A stretch of DNA of 58,683 nt, from positions 1 through 58,683 of the forward strand of contig SKYU01000015.1 in assembly GCA_007127715.1 (NCBI GenBank), given 5' to 3'. Each line of letters starts with the position of its first letter. The first letter of the stretch is position 1. Shown here one piece after another: positions 11,580-21,082 of this stretch. The position numbers and the translations under genes were made by a program. The notes below the pieces were generated by a model. That model had not been told where the DNA came from. It did no database searches and saw only the letters and a list, made by a program, of their open reading frames with translations. Source of the stretch: Gammaproteobacteria bacterium. GTDB taxonomy: Bacteria; Pseudomonadota; Gammaproteobacteria; Steroidobacterales; PWYM01.

Positions 11580-13085
11580 ATGGCCAAGCCGGCGCTCGAC
11601 AAGGACCTCAAGAAACTCGTCAAGCTGGAACAGGTGACGCGCGACACCGGTCGTGGACTGGTGCCGCTCAGCCTGGCGGTGGTTTTTCTCGCGCTGGTGG
11701 CCGTGGCCTCGCTCTCGGTGGTCGGCTTCGGTGGGGGCTGGGCGCTGATCATGACGGCCAGTGTGGTCGGTGCCTACATGGCGCTGAACATCGGTGCCAA
11801 CGACGTCGCTAACAACATGTCTCCCGCGGTGGGCAGCCGCGCGCTGAAAATCGGCGTGGCCGTGGCGATCGCCGCGGTCTGCGAGGCAGCTGGTGCACTG
11901 ATCGCTGGCGGGGACGTCGTCGCGACGGTGTCCTCAGGCATCATCAACCCCGAACTCATGCCGAGTCCGGCAGCCTTCACCACCGCGATGCTCGCCGCGC
12001 TTTTTGCCGCTGCGTTGTGGATCAACCTTGCCACCTGGATCGGAGCACCGGTGTCCACCACCCATTCAGTGGTCGGTGGGGTGCTGGGCGGCGGGATTGC
12101 TGTCGCCGGGGTCGGGGTAGCCGACTGGAGCGTGGTGGGCCGGATCGTGGCGAGTTGGGTCGTCTCCCCTGTGCTCGGCGGGACGATCGCCGCAGGCTTT
12201 CTTGCCTATATCAAGTTCACGATCACGGATGTGCCCGATCGGCTGGAGCAGGCACGGCGGCGCGTGCCGCTGCTGGTCGCCGTCATGGCGGGGGCATTCT
12301 CCACCTACCTGCTGATGAAGGGGCTGTCACGCGTCGTGAGCATTGCGCCCGTGACTGCCGTGATGCTCGGTGGCGTGGCGCTGCTGATCACCTGGTGGCT
12401 GGTCCGGCCTGCCGTCGATCGGCGCGTCGCCGACATGCAGACCCGCCGCCACTCGGTCGGCGAGCTGTTCACGATTCCGGTGATCTGCGGTGCAGCGCTG
12501 CTGTCTTTTGCCCACGGTGCCAACGACGTGGCCAACGCCATCGGCCCCCTGGCAGCGATCTACACCACGGTCAGCCAGGGCGAGCTGGTCGCCCAGGCCG
12601 AGATTCCGTTCTGGATCCTGCTGATCGGGGGCTTCGGAATCGTCGCTGGTCTGGCCCTGTTCGGGCCCAAGCTGATACGCACGGTGGGCTCGAAAATCAC
12701 CAAGCTGAACCGTGTCCGCGCCTTCTGCGTCACCTTGTCGGCGGCCATCACGGTCATCTTCGCCTCGGCTCTGGGGCTGCCGGTGAGCTCGACCCATATC
12801 GCCATCGGGGCCCTGTTCGGTGTAGGGTTTCTGCGGGAGTTCCTGGCCAACCGGGGCAATTCGCTGTTGGCCACCCCCGAGGCGATGCCGGCCGGCTCAT
12901 CGCCTCTGGCAGCGTCCGCCGAGGCCGCAGTGCCGGTGGAGAAGCAGCGCAGGCGTTATCTGGTTCGCCGCTCCCACCTCGTCACCATCATCTCGGCATG
13001 GCTGATCACCGTGCCGGCGAGCGCCCTGCTGGCGGGGTTGCTTGCCACCGTACTGACCCGCCTGTCGCTGCCGATGCTCGGTTGA
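11580..13085 (+). CDS. pit: Inorganic phosphate transporter, PiT/PHO4 family
   Basis: Duplicated signature NIGANDVAN / FAHGANDVANAIGP, PVSTTHS, PVSSTHIAIG; many TM helices. Confidence 0.93.
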   Translation: MAKPALDKDLKKLVKLEQVTRDTGRGLVPLSLAVVFLALVAVASLSVVGFGGGWALIMTASVVGAYMALNIGANDVANNMSPAVGSRALKIGVAVAIAAVCEAAGALIAGGDVVATVSSGIINPELMPSPAAFTTAMLAALFAAALWINLATWIGAPVSTTHSVVGGVLGGGIAVAGVGVADWSVVGRIVASWVVSPVLGGTIAAGFLAYIKFTITDVPDRLEQARRRVPLLVAVMAGAFSTYLLMKGLSRVVSIAPVTAVMLGGVALLITWWLVRPAVDRRVADMQTRRHSVGELFTIPVICGAALLSFAHGANDVANAIGPLAAIYTTVSQGELVAQAEIPFWILLIGGFGIVAGLALFGPKLIRTVGSKITKLNRVRAFCVTLSAAITVIFASALGLPVSSTHIAIGALFGVGFLREFLANRGNSLLATPEAMPAGSSPLAASAEAAVPVEKQRRRYLVRRSHLVTIISAWLITVPASALLAGLLATVLTRLSLPMLG

Positions 13086-13134
13086 GGCGGCCGCACGAGC
13101 TGTCCGGACCGATGCTACACTTGCCTGCATCAGG

Positions 13135-14508
13135 GTGGATTTGGCTTCGGATGATGCGGATGAAACGTGTGCACAGCACCGGCGGGCGGCCGTGAGCCTG
13201 GCCGACGTCCTGGCGCGTCTTGGGCTCACCCGGCTGCCTTTTGGCGGTCCGCCGCCGCCGGCGGCCCTGACCGGTGGCTATGCCACCCGGGTCTCGGAGT
13301 GCCTGCGCGAGCTCAAGGCCGGCCAGGTCAGTACCGTGCTGATCAGCGGTGGGCGCGATGCCGGGCATCTCCGGATTCTCGCGGTCCTGCTGGAGCGCTT
13401 CGGGCGTGACGGTGACATGGCGGCCTGGTTCGACGAGTACCCGTCGGACGGGCCGGCATTTCTCCAGGCGTTGCTGGCGGGCTGGGGCCTCGAGATCGAG
13501 GAGGGTATGCGTGATGACCTCAAGGCCCTGCTCGAGCTGTTCATCGGGCACCAGTCGGCGAAGGGTCACGTGGCGTACGTGGCGCTGCCGGCCGATCAGC
13601 GTCCCCCCGAGGACATCGCCGAATTGATCGAGTGGCTGGCCGGGCTACGGTTCGAAGGGCGGTATACGGTGCGGTTTGTGCTTTTTGGGGAGCCGGCCAG
13701 TCCGCTGCCCGATTGCCTCAAGGGCGCCACGCCGGAGGTGGCTACGGGGCGCGGGCTGCTGCACCATCGCGTGCCCGGGCTGCTGCCCTCGGAGAGCGAG
13801 CACTATGTGCATACCCGGCTGAAAATGGCCGGTGCCCGACATCCGGGCGAGCTGATCGGAATGGAACTGTGTCGCCTGGTGGGTGCCTACGCCGATGGCG
13901 AAGTGGCGGTCATCGATCGACTGATGCTCGGTGCGCTGGACATGGCCGCGGCCGACGACCAGACGGGCAGCCTCGTGGTGCGGCAGCGCCATGTGGAGGC
14001 TGCGGCAGAGCGGTTGGGGCTGGAGCTTCGCTCCGAGACGGTCACTGCCGAAGCAACAGCGACGGAGTCGGCGGCCGAGCCTGAGCAGGCGAGGCTGGTG
14101 TTCTCGGCCGGTGCGGAGGTGACCCACCAGGTGGAGCTGCTGCAGCCGCGCATGGTGATGGGCCGGGATGGCGACTGCGACATCCCGCTCGACAGCCGCT
14201 TCATCAGCCGATTTCAGTGTCTGTTCATGCAGACCCGGCGCGGTTGGTACGTCCTCGACCTCGGAAGTACCAACGGCACGTTCGTCAATGCCAGGCGAAT
14301 CCGCGAGCACCTGCTGCGCCACGGTGACGTCATCTCCATCGGGCGGCATCGGATCCGGTTCGTGGCAGATGATGGCGAAGACGTGCAGGCGGGCGAGGGT
14401 GATGGCGCGCCGGGTGACTATCTCAGCACCGAACTGCTGGTTGCTCGGGGAGGACGGACGGATCCCGGCGAGGAGTCGACCGTCATTCGGCAGCGGTCTG
14501 AGCGCTGA
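13135..14508 (+). CDS. FHA-domain protein with an N-terminal degenerate ExeA/GspA-like AAA region (start may be GTG 13192)
   Basis: C-terminal FHA: VMGRDGDCDI..SRFISRFQ..LDLGSTNGTFVN..LRHGDVISIG; ExeA-like lid SESEHYVHTRLKMAGA; no GxxGxGKT or hhhhDE visible. Confidence 0.75.
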   Translation: MDLASDDADETCAQHRRAAVSLADVLARLGLTRLPFGGPPPPAALTGGYATRVSECLRELKAGQVSTVLISGGRDAGHLRILAVLLERFGRDGDMAAWFDEYPSDGPAFLQALLAGWGLEIEEGMRDDLKALLELFIGHQSAKGHVAYVALPADQRPPEDIAELIEWLAGLRFEGRYTVRFVLFGEPASPLPDCLKGATPEVATGRGLLHHRVPGLLPSESEHYVHTRLKMAGARHPGELIGMELCRLVGAYADGEVAVIDRLMLGALDMAAADDQTGSLVVRQRHVEAAAERLGLELRSETVTAEATATESAAEPEQARLVFSAGAEVTHQVELLQPRMVMGRDGDCDIPLDSRFISRFQCLFMQTRRGWYVLDLGSTNGTFVNARRIREHLLRHGDVISIGRHRIRFVADDGEDVQAGEGDGAPGDYLSTELLVARGGRTDPGEESTVIRQRSER

Positions 14509-15793
14509 GGCTGCTCCGGTCGCTCAGATCTCCCGGCGCGTGGGTGCGCAGATGAGCAGACTGGCCGGCCAGTGCGCTGGAAGCCAGTATCCGGTCCTCC
14601 AGACCCAGCAGAATCGGCGCCGCGCGGCGGCGATAAATGTTCACCTTGGCATTGAAGACGTTGCGCGAGAGCCCGTGTTTGTCCGCGATGGTGATCCGGC
14701 GGATATCGTATTCGCCATCGGCGGTGGGCTCGCCGGTCAGGTAACACTTGATGGCCTCGATGCGCTCGCCGGCGAGCTCCAGCCCGTTAAGCCGTGCCAG
14801 GTTCTGTTGTGCCAGACGCATGAACCGCACGGCGTCAAGGGTTTCCGGGCGCCCCTCTACACTCTCGCTGGCCGGCAGACGGGCATGAAACTCTCCGACC
14901 ATGATCTGGCCCGGCAGCGCCCGGTCGATCATGCGGGCCAGTTCGATGGTGACATCGCCCACGATGTAGTTGTAGAGACTTGGGTTCAGCCCTTCGGCCT
15001 GGTGGAATTCGTAGCAGTCGCCGATATGAAAGCCGGCACGAAGCAGCGGGACGGCATTGGAGCGCGCCTTGCCACGGGCAATGGCGTTGTCGGCCAGCAC
15101 CAGGTGCATGAAGTGATAGAGATTGGTGTTGGCCTCGAGCCCTTCCTCGCGGTTCCAGATGTAGAAGCCGTCACCGGTGCAGGATCGCGCGAAATCGATG
15201 CCGATCTGCCGGTCGAGCATTCGGCTGTGTGCCGCATTGATCGAATACGAGAGGCTGTTCAGCTGCGTCATCTGCTCGAAGGGCGAGAGCAGGCTGAACC
15301 CCACGATATCGAACAGGGCCACGGCGCGGGTTGCGACATAGCTGATGCTGTAGCGCTTGACCAGGCGCTCGATCAGATCGCGCTCACGGGTCGTGCCCGC
15401 AAGGCGGCGGTTCAGCGACAGTCGGCGCGGCTCCAGTGACAGCAACCGGGCCACCTTGGTGAGCTGCGCGGGCGAAAGCTCCCGGCGACCGCTGATCAGC
15501 GTCCTCAGGAAGCTGGTCGATACCCGTCCTTGCCCTTCACCGGCGCCGGCGGCGAACTCGGCGACGGCGTAATGCGGCACGATGAGGATGTCGATGCCGT
15601 CGTCGACGGGCGTCCAGGACAGCACGACGTTTGCGCCCAGCCCCCACGCGGCATGCAGCTGCCGGTCCAGCAGCAGCAGATTGCTCCGCTCGGCGAGGGG
15701 CATGTCGTCGCTCAGCAGCGAGAACAGCTCTCCGGCGATGCCCTGCCAGGGCTGAGCCGGGGCGCGGAGATCGTGTCCGTCATGGACGTTCAT
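14483..15793 (-). CDS. Divergent class III nucleotidyl cyclase-like protein with uncharacterised N-terminal region
   Basis: AVALFDIVGFS, CTGDGF, LRAGFHIG, YIVGDVTIELARM, ALPGQIMV, DKHG appear in class III cyclase order. Confidence 0.7.
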   Translation of the reverse strand: MNVHDGHDLRAPAQPWQGIAGELFSLLSDDMPLAERSNLLLLDRQLHAAWGLGANVVLSWTPVDDGIDILIVPHYAVAEFAAGAGEGQGRVSTSFLRTLISGRRELSPAQLTKVARLLSLEPRRLSLNRRLAGTTRERDLIERLVKRYSISYVATRAVALFDIVGFSLLSPFEQMTQLNSLSYSINAAHSRMLDRQIGIDFARSCTGDGFYIWNREEGLEANTNLYHFMHLVLADNAIARGKARSNAVPLLRAGFHIGDCYEFHQAEGLNPSLYNYIVGDVTIELARMIDRALPGQIMVGEFHARLPASESVEGRPETLDAVRFMRLAQQNLARLNGLELAGERIEAIKCYLTGEPTADGEYDIRRITIADKHGLSRNVFNAKVNIYRRRAAPILLGLEDRILASSALAGQSAHLRTHAPGDLSDRSSLSAQTAAE

Positions 15794-15930
15794 TCGAGGG
15801 TCGATACTCCCAGGCCAGCGGCGGACCGCATTGCCAATCAGGCATCTGCCGTGCCCGAGCGTGCCATACTATCACGGTGGTTGCGCGAGTCCGCCGGCCC
15901 TCACGGCCCGTATCTGCAGGACCTTCCCGG

Positions 15931-16908
15931 ATGGCCCGACTGACCCAGGCGATGATCGACGAGGCGCGTGAGCGCATCGCGCCGCATGTGCTCGAGACCC
16001 CGGTGTGGCACTGGCGGAACCCCGGGAGCGCTGGCTGGCCGCCCGGCGGGTCGGTCTGGGTCAAGCTCGAGCTGTGGCAGCGTACCGGGACGTTCAAGGC
16101 GCGCGGTGCACTGAACAACGTCCTTTCCCTGGCGCCGGAGCGCCGCGAGGCCGGCGTGGTTGCGGTCAGCGCAGGCAACCACGCCATCGCCACGGCCTAT
16201 GCCGCGCGGGTGGCCGGCTGCGATGCCCATGTCGTCATGCTGCAGCATTCCAGCCCGGCGCGTATCGAGGCCTGCCGTGCACTGGGCGCCAAGGTGGAAC
16301 TCGCCGCGGACGTGCACGCCGCCTTCGCCCGGGTGGCCGAGATCGAGCGCGCCGAGGGACGCGTGCTGATCCATCCGTTCGAGGGGCTCGAGGTTGCGGC
16401 GGGTACGGCAACGCTGGGCGAGGAATTCCTGGCGCAGGTGCCGGGTCTCGATGCCGTCATCGTGCCTATTGGTGGTGGCGGGCTGTGCGCCGGGGTTGCC
16501 TCGGCGGTCAAGCTCAAATCCCCGGGGTGCCGCGTCATTGGCGTGGAACCCGAGGGCGCAGACACCATGCACCGGAGTTTCGCGGCTGGAACGGTGCAGG
16601 CGATCGAACGTGTCGAGACCATTGCCGACAGCCTTGGCGCGCCGTTTGCCCTGCCGGTGTCGTTCGAACTGTGCCGGGCCCACGTCGACGAGCTGGTGCG
16701 GGTTGACGACGAGGGTCTGCGCGAGGCCATGCGGCTGATGTTCCGGTCGCTGTCGCTGGCGGTGGAACCAGCCTGCGCCGCGACCACGGCGGCCCTGCTG
16801 GGCCCGCTGGCGGGTCGTCTGGAGGGCATGCACGTCGGTCTCATCTTCTGTGGGAGCAATATCGATCTCGAGGGCTACCACGCGCTGCTTGCCGGGCATG
16901 CCGGATGA
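15931..16908 (+). CDS. PLP-dependent threonine/serine dehydratase or racemase family enzyme (no ACT domain)
   Basis: VKLELWQRTGTFKARGA (PLP Lys), SAGNHA, PIGGGGL, VEPACAA, CGSN. Confidence 0.88.
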   Translation: MARLTQAMIDEARERIAPHVLETPVWHWRNPGSAGWPPGGSVWVKLELWQRTGTFKARGALNNVLSLAPERREAGVVAVSAGNHAIATAYAARVAGCDAHVVMLQHSSPARIEACRALGAKVELAADVHAAFARVAEIERAEGRVLIHPFEGLEVAAGTATLGEEFLAQVPGLDAVIVPIGGGGLCAGVASAVKLKSPGCRVIGVEPEGADTMHRSFAAGTVQAIERVETIADSLGAPFALPVSFELCRAHVDELVRVDDEGLREAMRLMFRSLSLAVEPACAATTAALLGPLAGRLEGMHVGLIFCGSNIDLEGYHALLAGHAG

Positions 16909-18323
16909 GTAATCTCGATCGGGTTCTGGCAACCCTCCGGCAGCGGCTGGGGCCTGGCGGTGTGACCGAAGATCCTGCGATCATCGCCCCGCGCCTGCGC
17001 GAGTGGCGCGACCGCTTCCATGGACGCGCCCCGGCCTGGATCCGGCCTGCCTCGACGGACGAGCTCGCAGAGGTGCTGGGAATCTGCCACGAGGCGCAGG
17101 TGCCGGTCGTGCCCCAGGGCGGAAACACCGGCCTGTGCGGCGGGGCGATCCCGGACGACAGTGGCAGGCAGCTCCTGCTTGGCCTGGACCGGATGAACCG
17201 CGTTCTCGAGGTGGATGCCGACGGGGGCAGTCTCACCGTGGAGGCTGGCTGCGTTCTGGCCCGGGTCCAGGCGGCGGCCCGCGAGGCCGGGCGGCTGTTT
17301 GCGCTGAGCCTTGCTTCCGAGGGCAGCGCGCAGATCGGCGGCTGTGTGTCGACGAACGCGGGCGGCACCAATGTGCTGCGCTACGGCACGGCCCGCGAGC
17401 AGGTGTTGGGCCTCGAGGTCGTGCTCGCCGACGGGCGTGTGCTCGACCTGTTGCGGAGCCTGCGCAAGGATACGGCGGGCTACGATCTGAAGCAGTGGTT
17501 CATCGGTGCCGAAGGAACGCTGGGCGTGATCAGCAAGGTCTGCGCGCGGCTCCATCCGTTGCCGGGTCCGCTGGAGACGGCCGTGGTGGGGCTGCGCGAC
17601 CCCGCCACCGCGCTGGCGCTGCTCGGTGTGCTGCGCGACGCGCTCGGCAATGCGCTCTCGGCGTTCGAACTGTTCCCCCGGCAGGGCCTCGAGCTGGTGC
17701 TGGACTACCGTCCGGCCGCGCGCGATCCTCTTGGTCGGCCGCAACCCTGGTATGTGCTGCTGGAAGCCGAATCTCCGCGTGTGCATGCAGAGGACGGCGT
17801 GTTGTCCGGTGTGCTCGCGGCGGCCATGGAGCGCGGGCTGGTGGCCGATGCCGCGCTCGCCCGCTCCCTGGGCGAGGCGCGCGGGTTCTGGGCCCTGCGC
17901 GACGAGCTTTCGGCGGCGCAGAAACACGCCGGTCCAAGCATCAAGCACGATATCGCGGTCCCGCTTTCGGCGATGGGACAGTTTATCGAGGAGGCCACCG
18001 CGCTGGCGGGCCGGCTGATACCAGGGTGCCGCGTGCTGGCCTTCGGTCATGTCGGTGATGGCAACGTCCATTTCAACGTGGGCTGTCCGCCCGGGCTGTC
18101 GCCCCCGGTGTTTCTCGCGCGGTGGGATGAGGTGGCCGAGGCCGTGCACGACCTGGCCATCGCGCACGGCGGTACTCCCAGTGCGGAGCACGGGATCGGC
18201 CAGCTCAAGGTCGGCGAGCTGGCCCGATTGCGCGGCGGGACTGAACTGGAACTGATGCGCGGGCTCAAGCGCATGCTCGACCCCCGCGGCATTCTCAATC
18301 CCGGCAAGCTGTTCGGTGCCTGA
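16905..18323 (+). CDS. FAD-linked oxidoreductase, D-2-hydroxyglutarate dehydrogenase / GlcD-like
   Basis: VVPQGGNTGLCGG, SEGSAQIGG, TNAGG, RKDTAGYDLKQWFIGAEGTLG, HVGDGNVH, SAEHGIG; ATGA overlap with the upstream gene. Confidence 0.88.
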   Translation: MSNLDRVLATLRQRLGPGGVTEDPAIIAPRLREWRDRFHGRAPAWIRPASTDELAEVLGICHEAQVPVVPQGGNTGLCGGAIPDDSGRQLLLGLDRMNRVLEVDADGGSLTVEAGCVLARVQAAAREAGRLFALSLASEGSAQIGGCVSTNAGGTNVLRYGTAREQVLGLEVVLADGRVLDLLRSLRKDTAGYDLKQWFIGAEGTLGVISKVCARLHPLPGPLETAVVGLRDPATALALLGVLRDALGNALSAFELFPRQGLELVLDYRPAARDPLGRPQPWYVLLEAESPRVHAEDGVLSGVLAAAMERGLVADAALARSLGEARGFWALRDELSAAQKHAGPSIKHDIAVPLSAMGQFIEEATALAGRLIPGCRVLAFGHVGDGNVHFNVGCPPGLSPPVFLARWDEVAEAVHDLAIAHGGTPSAEHGIGQLKVGELARLRGGTELELMRGLKRMLDPRGILNPGKLFGA

Positions 18324-18376
18324 TCGCACGGGCCGGGTGTCCCGGACCGCCCCGCTGCGGCGCTTCCAATCGCGCA

Positions 18377-18405
18377 TTGGTGCACCGCGGCGAATGGGCT
18401 AGAAT
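18377..18405 (+). promoter_or_regulatory. Putative sigma70 promoter of the desaturase gene
   Basis: TTGGTG-17bp-TAGAAT; a CCAAT-N5-ATTGG inverted repeat (18366-18380) overlaps the -35. Confidence 0.45.
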
Positions 18406-18451
18406 GCCCGGCGGCCGCGCGTCCGCGCGCTATCGAGGATCTGCATCACCC

Positions 18452-19303
18452 ATGACCCGTTCGCAGAAACAGGCCGCCTCTGTCGCGGCGGGATTCATCG
18501 TGTTCCATGCAGCGGCACTCCTGGTGTTCCATACCGGTGCCAGCGCGGTTGCGGTCGCCGTGGCGGTGGTCATGTACCTGATCCGAGGGCTCGGCGTGAC
18601 GGCCGGGTTCCACCGGTATTTCGCGCACAAGTCGTTCCGCACGGGCCGGGTGATGCAGTTTCTGCTGGGGTTCGCCGGCAGCCTGGCGACGCAGGGGGGC
18701 GTATTGTGGTGGGTGTCGCATCACCGCGATCACCATCGCTATACCGAGAGCGATCGGGACATGCACTCTCCCCGGATCTTCGGACTCTGGCACGCCCACA
18801 TGGGCTGGATGATGAGTCCGAAGTGCTTCCAGACCACCGGCGCCAACGTGAAGGACCTGCACCGTTATCCCGAAATCAAGGCCCTGCAGCGCCACTACGT
18901 CTGGATCGTGCTGGGACAGATCGTATTCTTCTACGCGTTGGGCAGCGTGCTGGCTGCGGTCTGGCCGGCGCTGGGCACCAGCGGCCTGCAGATGCTTGTC
19001 TGGGGCTACTTCCTCAGTACCGTGCTGCTCTGGCACTCGACCTTCATGGTCAATTCCGTCTGTCACCGCTGGGGCCGCGCGCCGTATGATGCCGGTGATG
19101 ACAGCACCAACAACTGGCTTGTCGCGATCCTGGCGCTGGGCGAGGGGTGGCACAACAACCATCATCGCTTCGCCGGTTCGGCCCGCCACGGCCTTCACTG
19201 GTGGCAGTTCGATCTGACCTGGATCGTACTGCGCATCCTGGAGAAACTTGGCCTGGTGTCGGACCTGAAGGTTCCGCGTCCGGCCCAGATCGCATCCGCC
19301 TGA
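18452..19303 (+). CDS. Acyl-CoA (delta-9-type) fatty acid desaturase
   Basis: Three His boxes HRYFAH, HHRDHH, HNNHH; GEGWHNNHH; W(Q)FDLTW. Confidence 0.92.
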   Translation: MTRSQKQAASVAAGFIVFHAAALLVFHTGASAVAVAVAVVMYLIRGLGVTAGFHRYFAHKSFRTGRVMQFLLGFAGSLATQGGVLWWVSHHRDHHRYTESDRDMHSPRIFGLWHAHMGWMMSPKCFQTTGANVKDLHRYPEIKALQRHYVWIVLGQIVFFYALGSVLAAVWPALGTSGLQMLVWGYFLSTVLLWHSTFMVNSVCHRWGRAPYDAGDDSTNNWLVAILALGEGWHNNHHRFAGSARHGLHWWQFDLTWIVLRILEKLGLVSDLKVPRPAQIASA

Positions 19304-19367
19304 CCACCCTGCCGGCATCGCTGCCGGCGCGTGATGCGGCGGCCCGCCACCGACAGGGGAATCACCC

Positions 19368-21074
19368 ATGAGCAACGACTCCGACAGCAAGAGCGATATG
19401 CGTCGCCATTCCCGCGTAGTGGTCGACGGTGTCGAGCACGCCCCAAGCCGCGCCATGCTCCGCGCGGTCGGGTTCCGTGACGAGGATTTCCGCAAGCCGC
19501 AGGTGGGTATCGCCTCGACCTGGAGCATGGTCACCCCCTGCAACATGCATATCAATACGCTCGCGGAGGAAGCCGGACGCGGTGCGGACGAGGCGGGTGG
19601 CAAGAGCATCATCTTCAATACCATCACCATTTCGGATGGGATCTCAATGGGAACGCCCGGGATGCGCTACTCCCTGGTGTCCCGCGAGGTGATCGCCGAT
19701 TCCATCGAGACCGTGGTTGCAGGGCAGGGATTCGACGGGTTCGTCGCCATCGGCGGCTGTGACAAGAACATGCCGGGCTGCGTGATGGCCATGGCCCGAC
19801 TCGATCGCCCCTCGGTATTCGTCTACGGCGGCACCATTCAGCCAGGCCCCAAGCATCGGGATATCGTGGCGGTGTTCGAAGCCGTGGGTGGGCGCGCGGC
19901 AGGGACGGTCAGCGATGCCGAGCTGCTGGAGGTCGAGCGGACGGCCATTCCCGGCCCCGGCTCCTGTGCCGGCATGTATACCGCCAACACCATGGCCTCG
20001 GCCATCGAGGCGCTGGGCTTGAGCCTGGCCAACAGTTCCGCCCAGGAGGCCGTCTCCCGCAGCAAGGTCGAGGACTGCCGTCGCGCCGGGCGCCAGGTGG
20101 TGGAGCTGCTGCGCCGGGGTATCCGGCCCTCCGATATCCTCTGCCGCGAGGCCTTCGAAAACGCGATCACCGTGGTCATCGCCCTGGGCGGTTCGACCAA
20201 TGCGGTCCTCCACCTGCTGGCGATGGCGCACGAGGCGGGTGTCGAGCTTTCGCTGGATGACTTCACGCGTATCGGTCAGCGTGTTCCGGTGCTCGCCGAC
20301 CTCCGGCCGAGCGGCCGCTACATGATGTCCGAGCTGATCCACATCGGTGGGATTCAGCCGCTGATGAAGACCCTGCTCGATGCGCGGCTGCTGCATGGCG
20401 ACCTGCTGACCGTCACCGGGCGCACGCTCGCCGAGAATCTCGCCGATGTCGCGCCCTATCCCGACGGTCAGGACATCGTGCGATCGCTGGAGCGGCCCAT
20501 CAAGAAAGACAGCCATCTCGCCATCCTGTACGGCAACCTCGCGCCGGAGGGAGCAGTGGCGAAAATCTCCGGCAAGGAAGGCCTGTCGTTCACCGGTACC
20601 GCCCGCGTGTTCGGTTCCGAGGAACAGGCGCTGCGTGGCATCCTCGATGACGAGGTCCAGCCTGGCGACGTGGTGGTGATCCGCTATGAAGGTCCGCGGG
20701 GAGGCCCCGGGATGCGCGAGATGCTGAGCCCGACGGGTGCCATCGTGGGCAAGGGCCTCGGCGACAAGGTGGCTCTGCTTACTGATGGACGGTTCTCCGG
20801 AGGCAGTCACGGGTTCGTGGTCGGGCACGTCACGCCGGAAGCGGCAGTCGGCGGCCCCATCGCTCTGCTGGAGAACGGCGACCGCATCACCATCGATGCC
20901 GAGGCCATGACCATCGATGTTGCGCTCGACGAGGGGGAACTTGCCCGTCGACGTGAGGCCTGGCAGCCGCCGACGCCGCCCGCCACGCGTGGTGTCCTGG
21001 CCAAGTATGCAAAGCTGGTCAGCTCGGCTTCGACAGGCGCCGTGACCGATCTGAACCTGCACGACGGGGATTGA
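19368..21074 (+). CDS. ilvD: Dihydroxy-acid dehydratase
   Basis: [73 protein letters not shown]. Confidence 0.96.
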   Translation: MSNDSDSKSDMRRHSRVVVDGVEHAPSRAMLRAVGFRDEDFRKPQVGIASTWSMVTPCNMHINTLAEEAGRGADEAGGKSIIFNTITISDGISMGTPGMRYSLVSREVIADSIETVVAGQGFDGFVAIGGCDKNMPGCVMAMARLDRPSVFVYGGTIQPGPKHRDIVAVFEAVGGRAAGTVSDAELLEVERTAIPGPGSCAGMYTANTMASAIEALGLSLANSSAQEAVSRSKVEDCRRAGRQVVELLRRGIRPSDILCREAFENAITVVIALGGSTNAVLHLLAMAHEAGVELSLDDFTRIGQRVPVLADLRPSGRYMMSELIHIGGIQPLMKTLLDARLLHGDLLTVTGRTLAENLADVAPYPDGQDIVRSLERPIKKDSHLAILYGNLAPEGAVAKISGKEGLSFTGTARVFGSEEQALRGILDDEVQPGDVVVIRYEGPRGGPGMREMLSPTGAIVGKGLGDKVALLTDGRFSGGSHGFVVGHVTPEAAVGGPIALLENGDRITIDAEAMTIDVALDEGELARRREAWQPPTPPATRGVLAKYAKLVSSASTGAVTDLNLHDGD

Positions 21075-21082
21075 ACTCAGCC

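Noticed and set aside
14483-15793. Calling the cyclase a Pycsar/CBASS anti-phage system
   Set aside because: No adjacent co-oriented TIR, transmembrane or other effector gene and no defence-island context; kept only as a divergent cyclase
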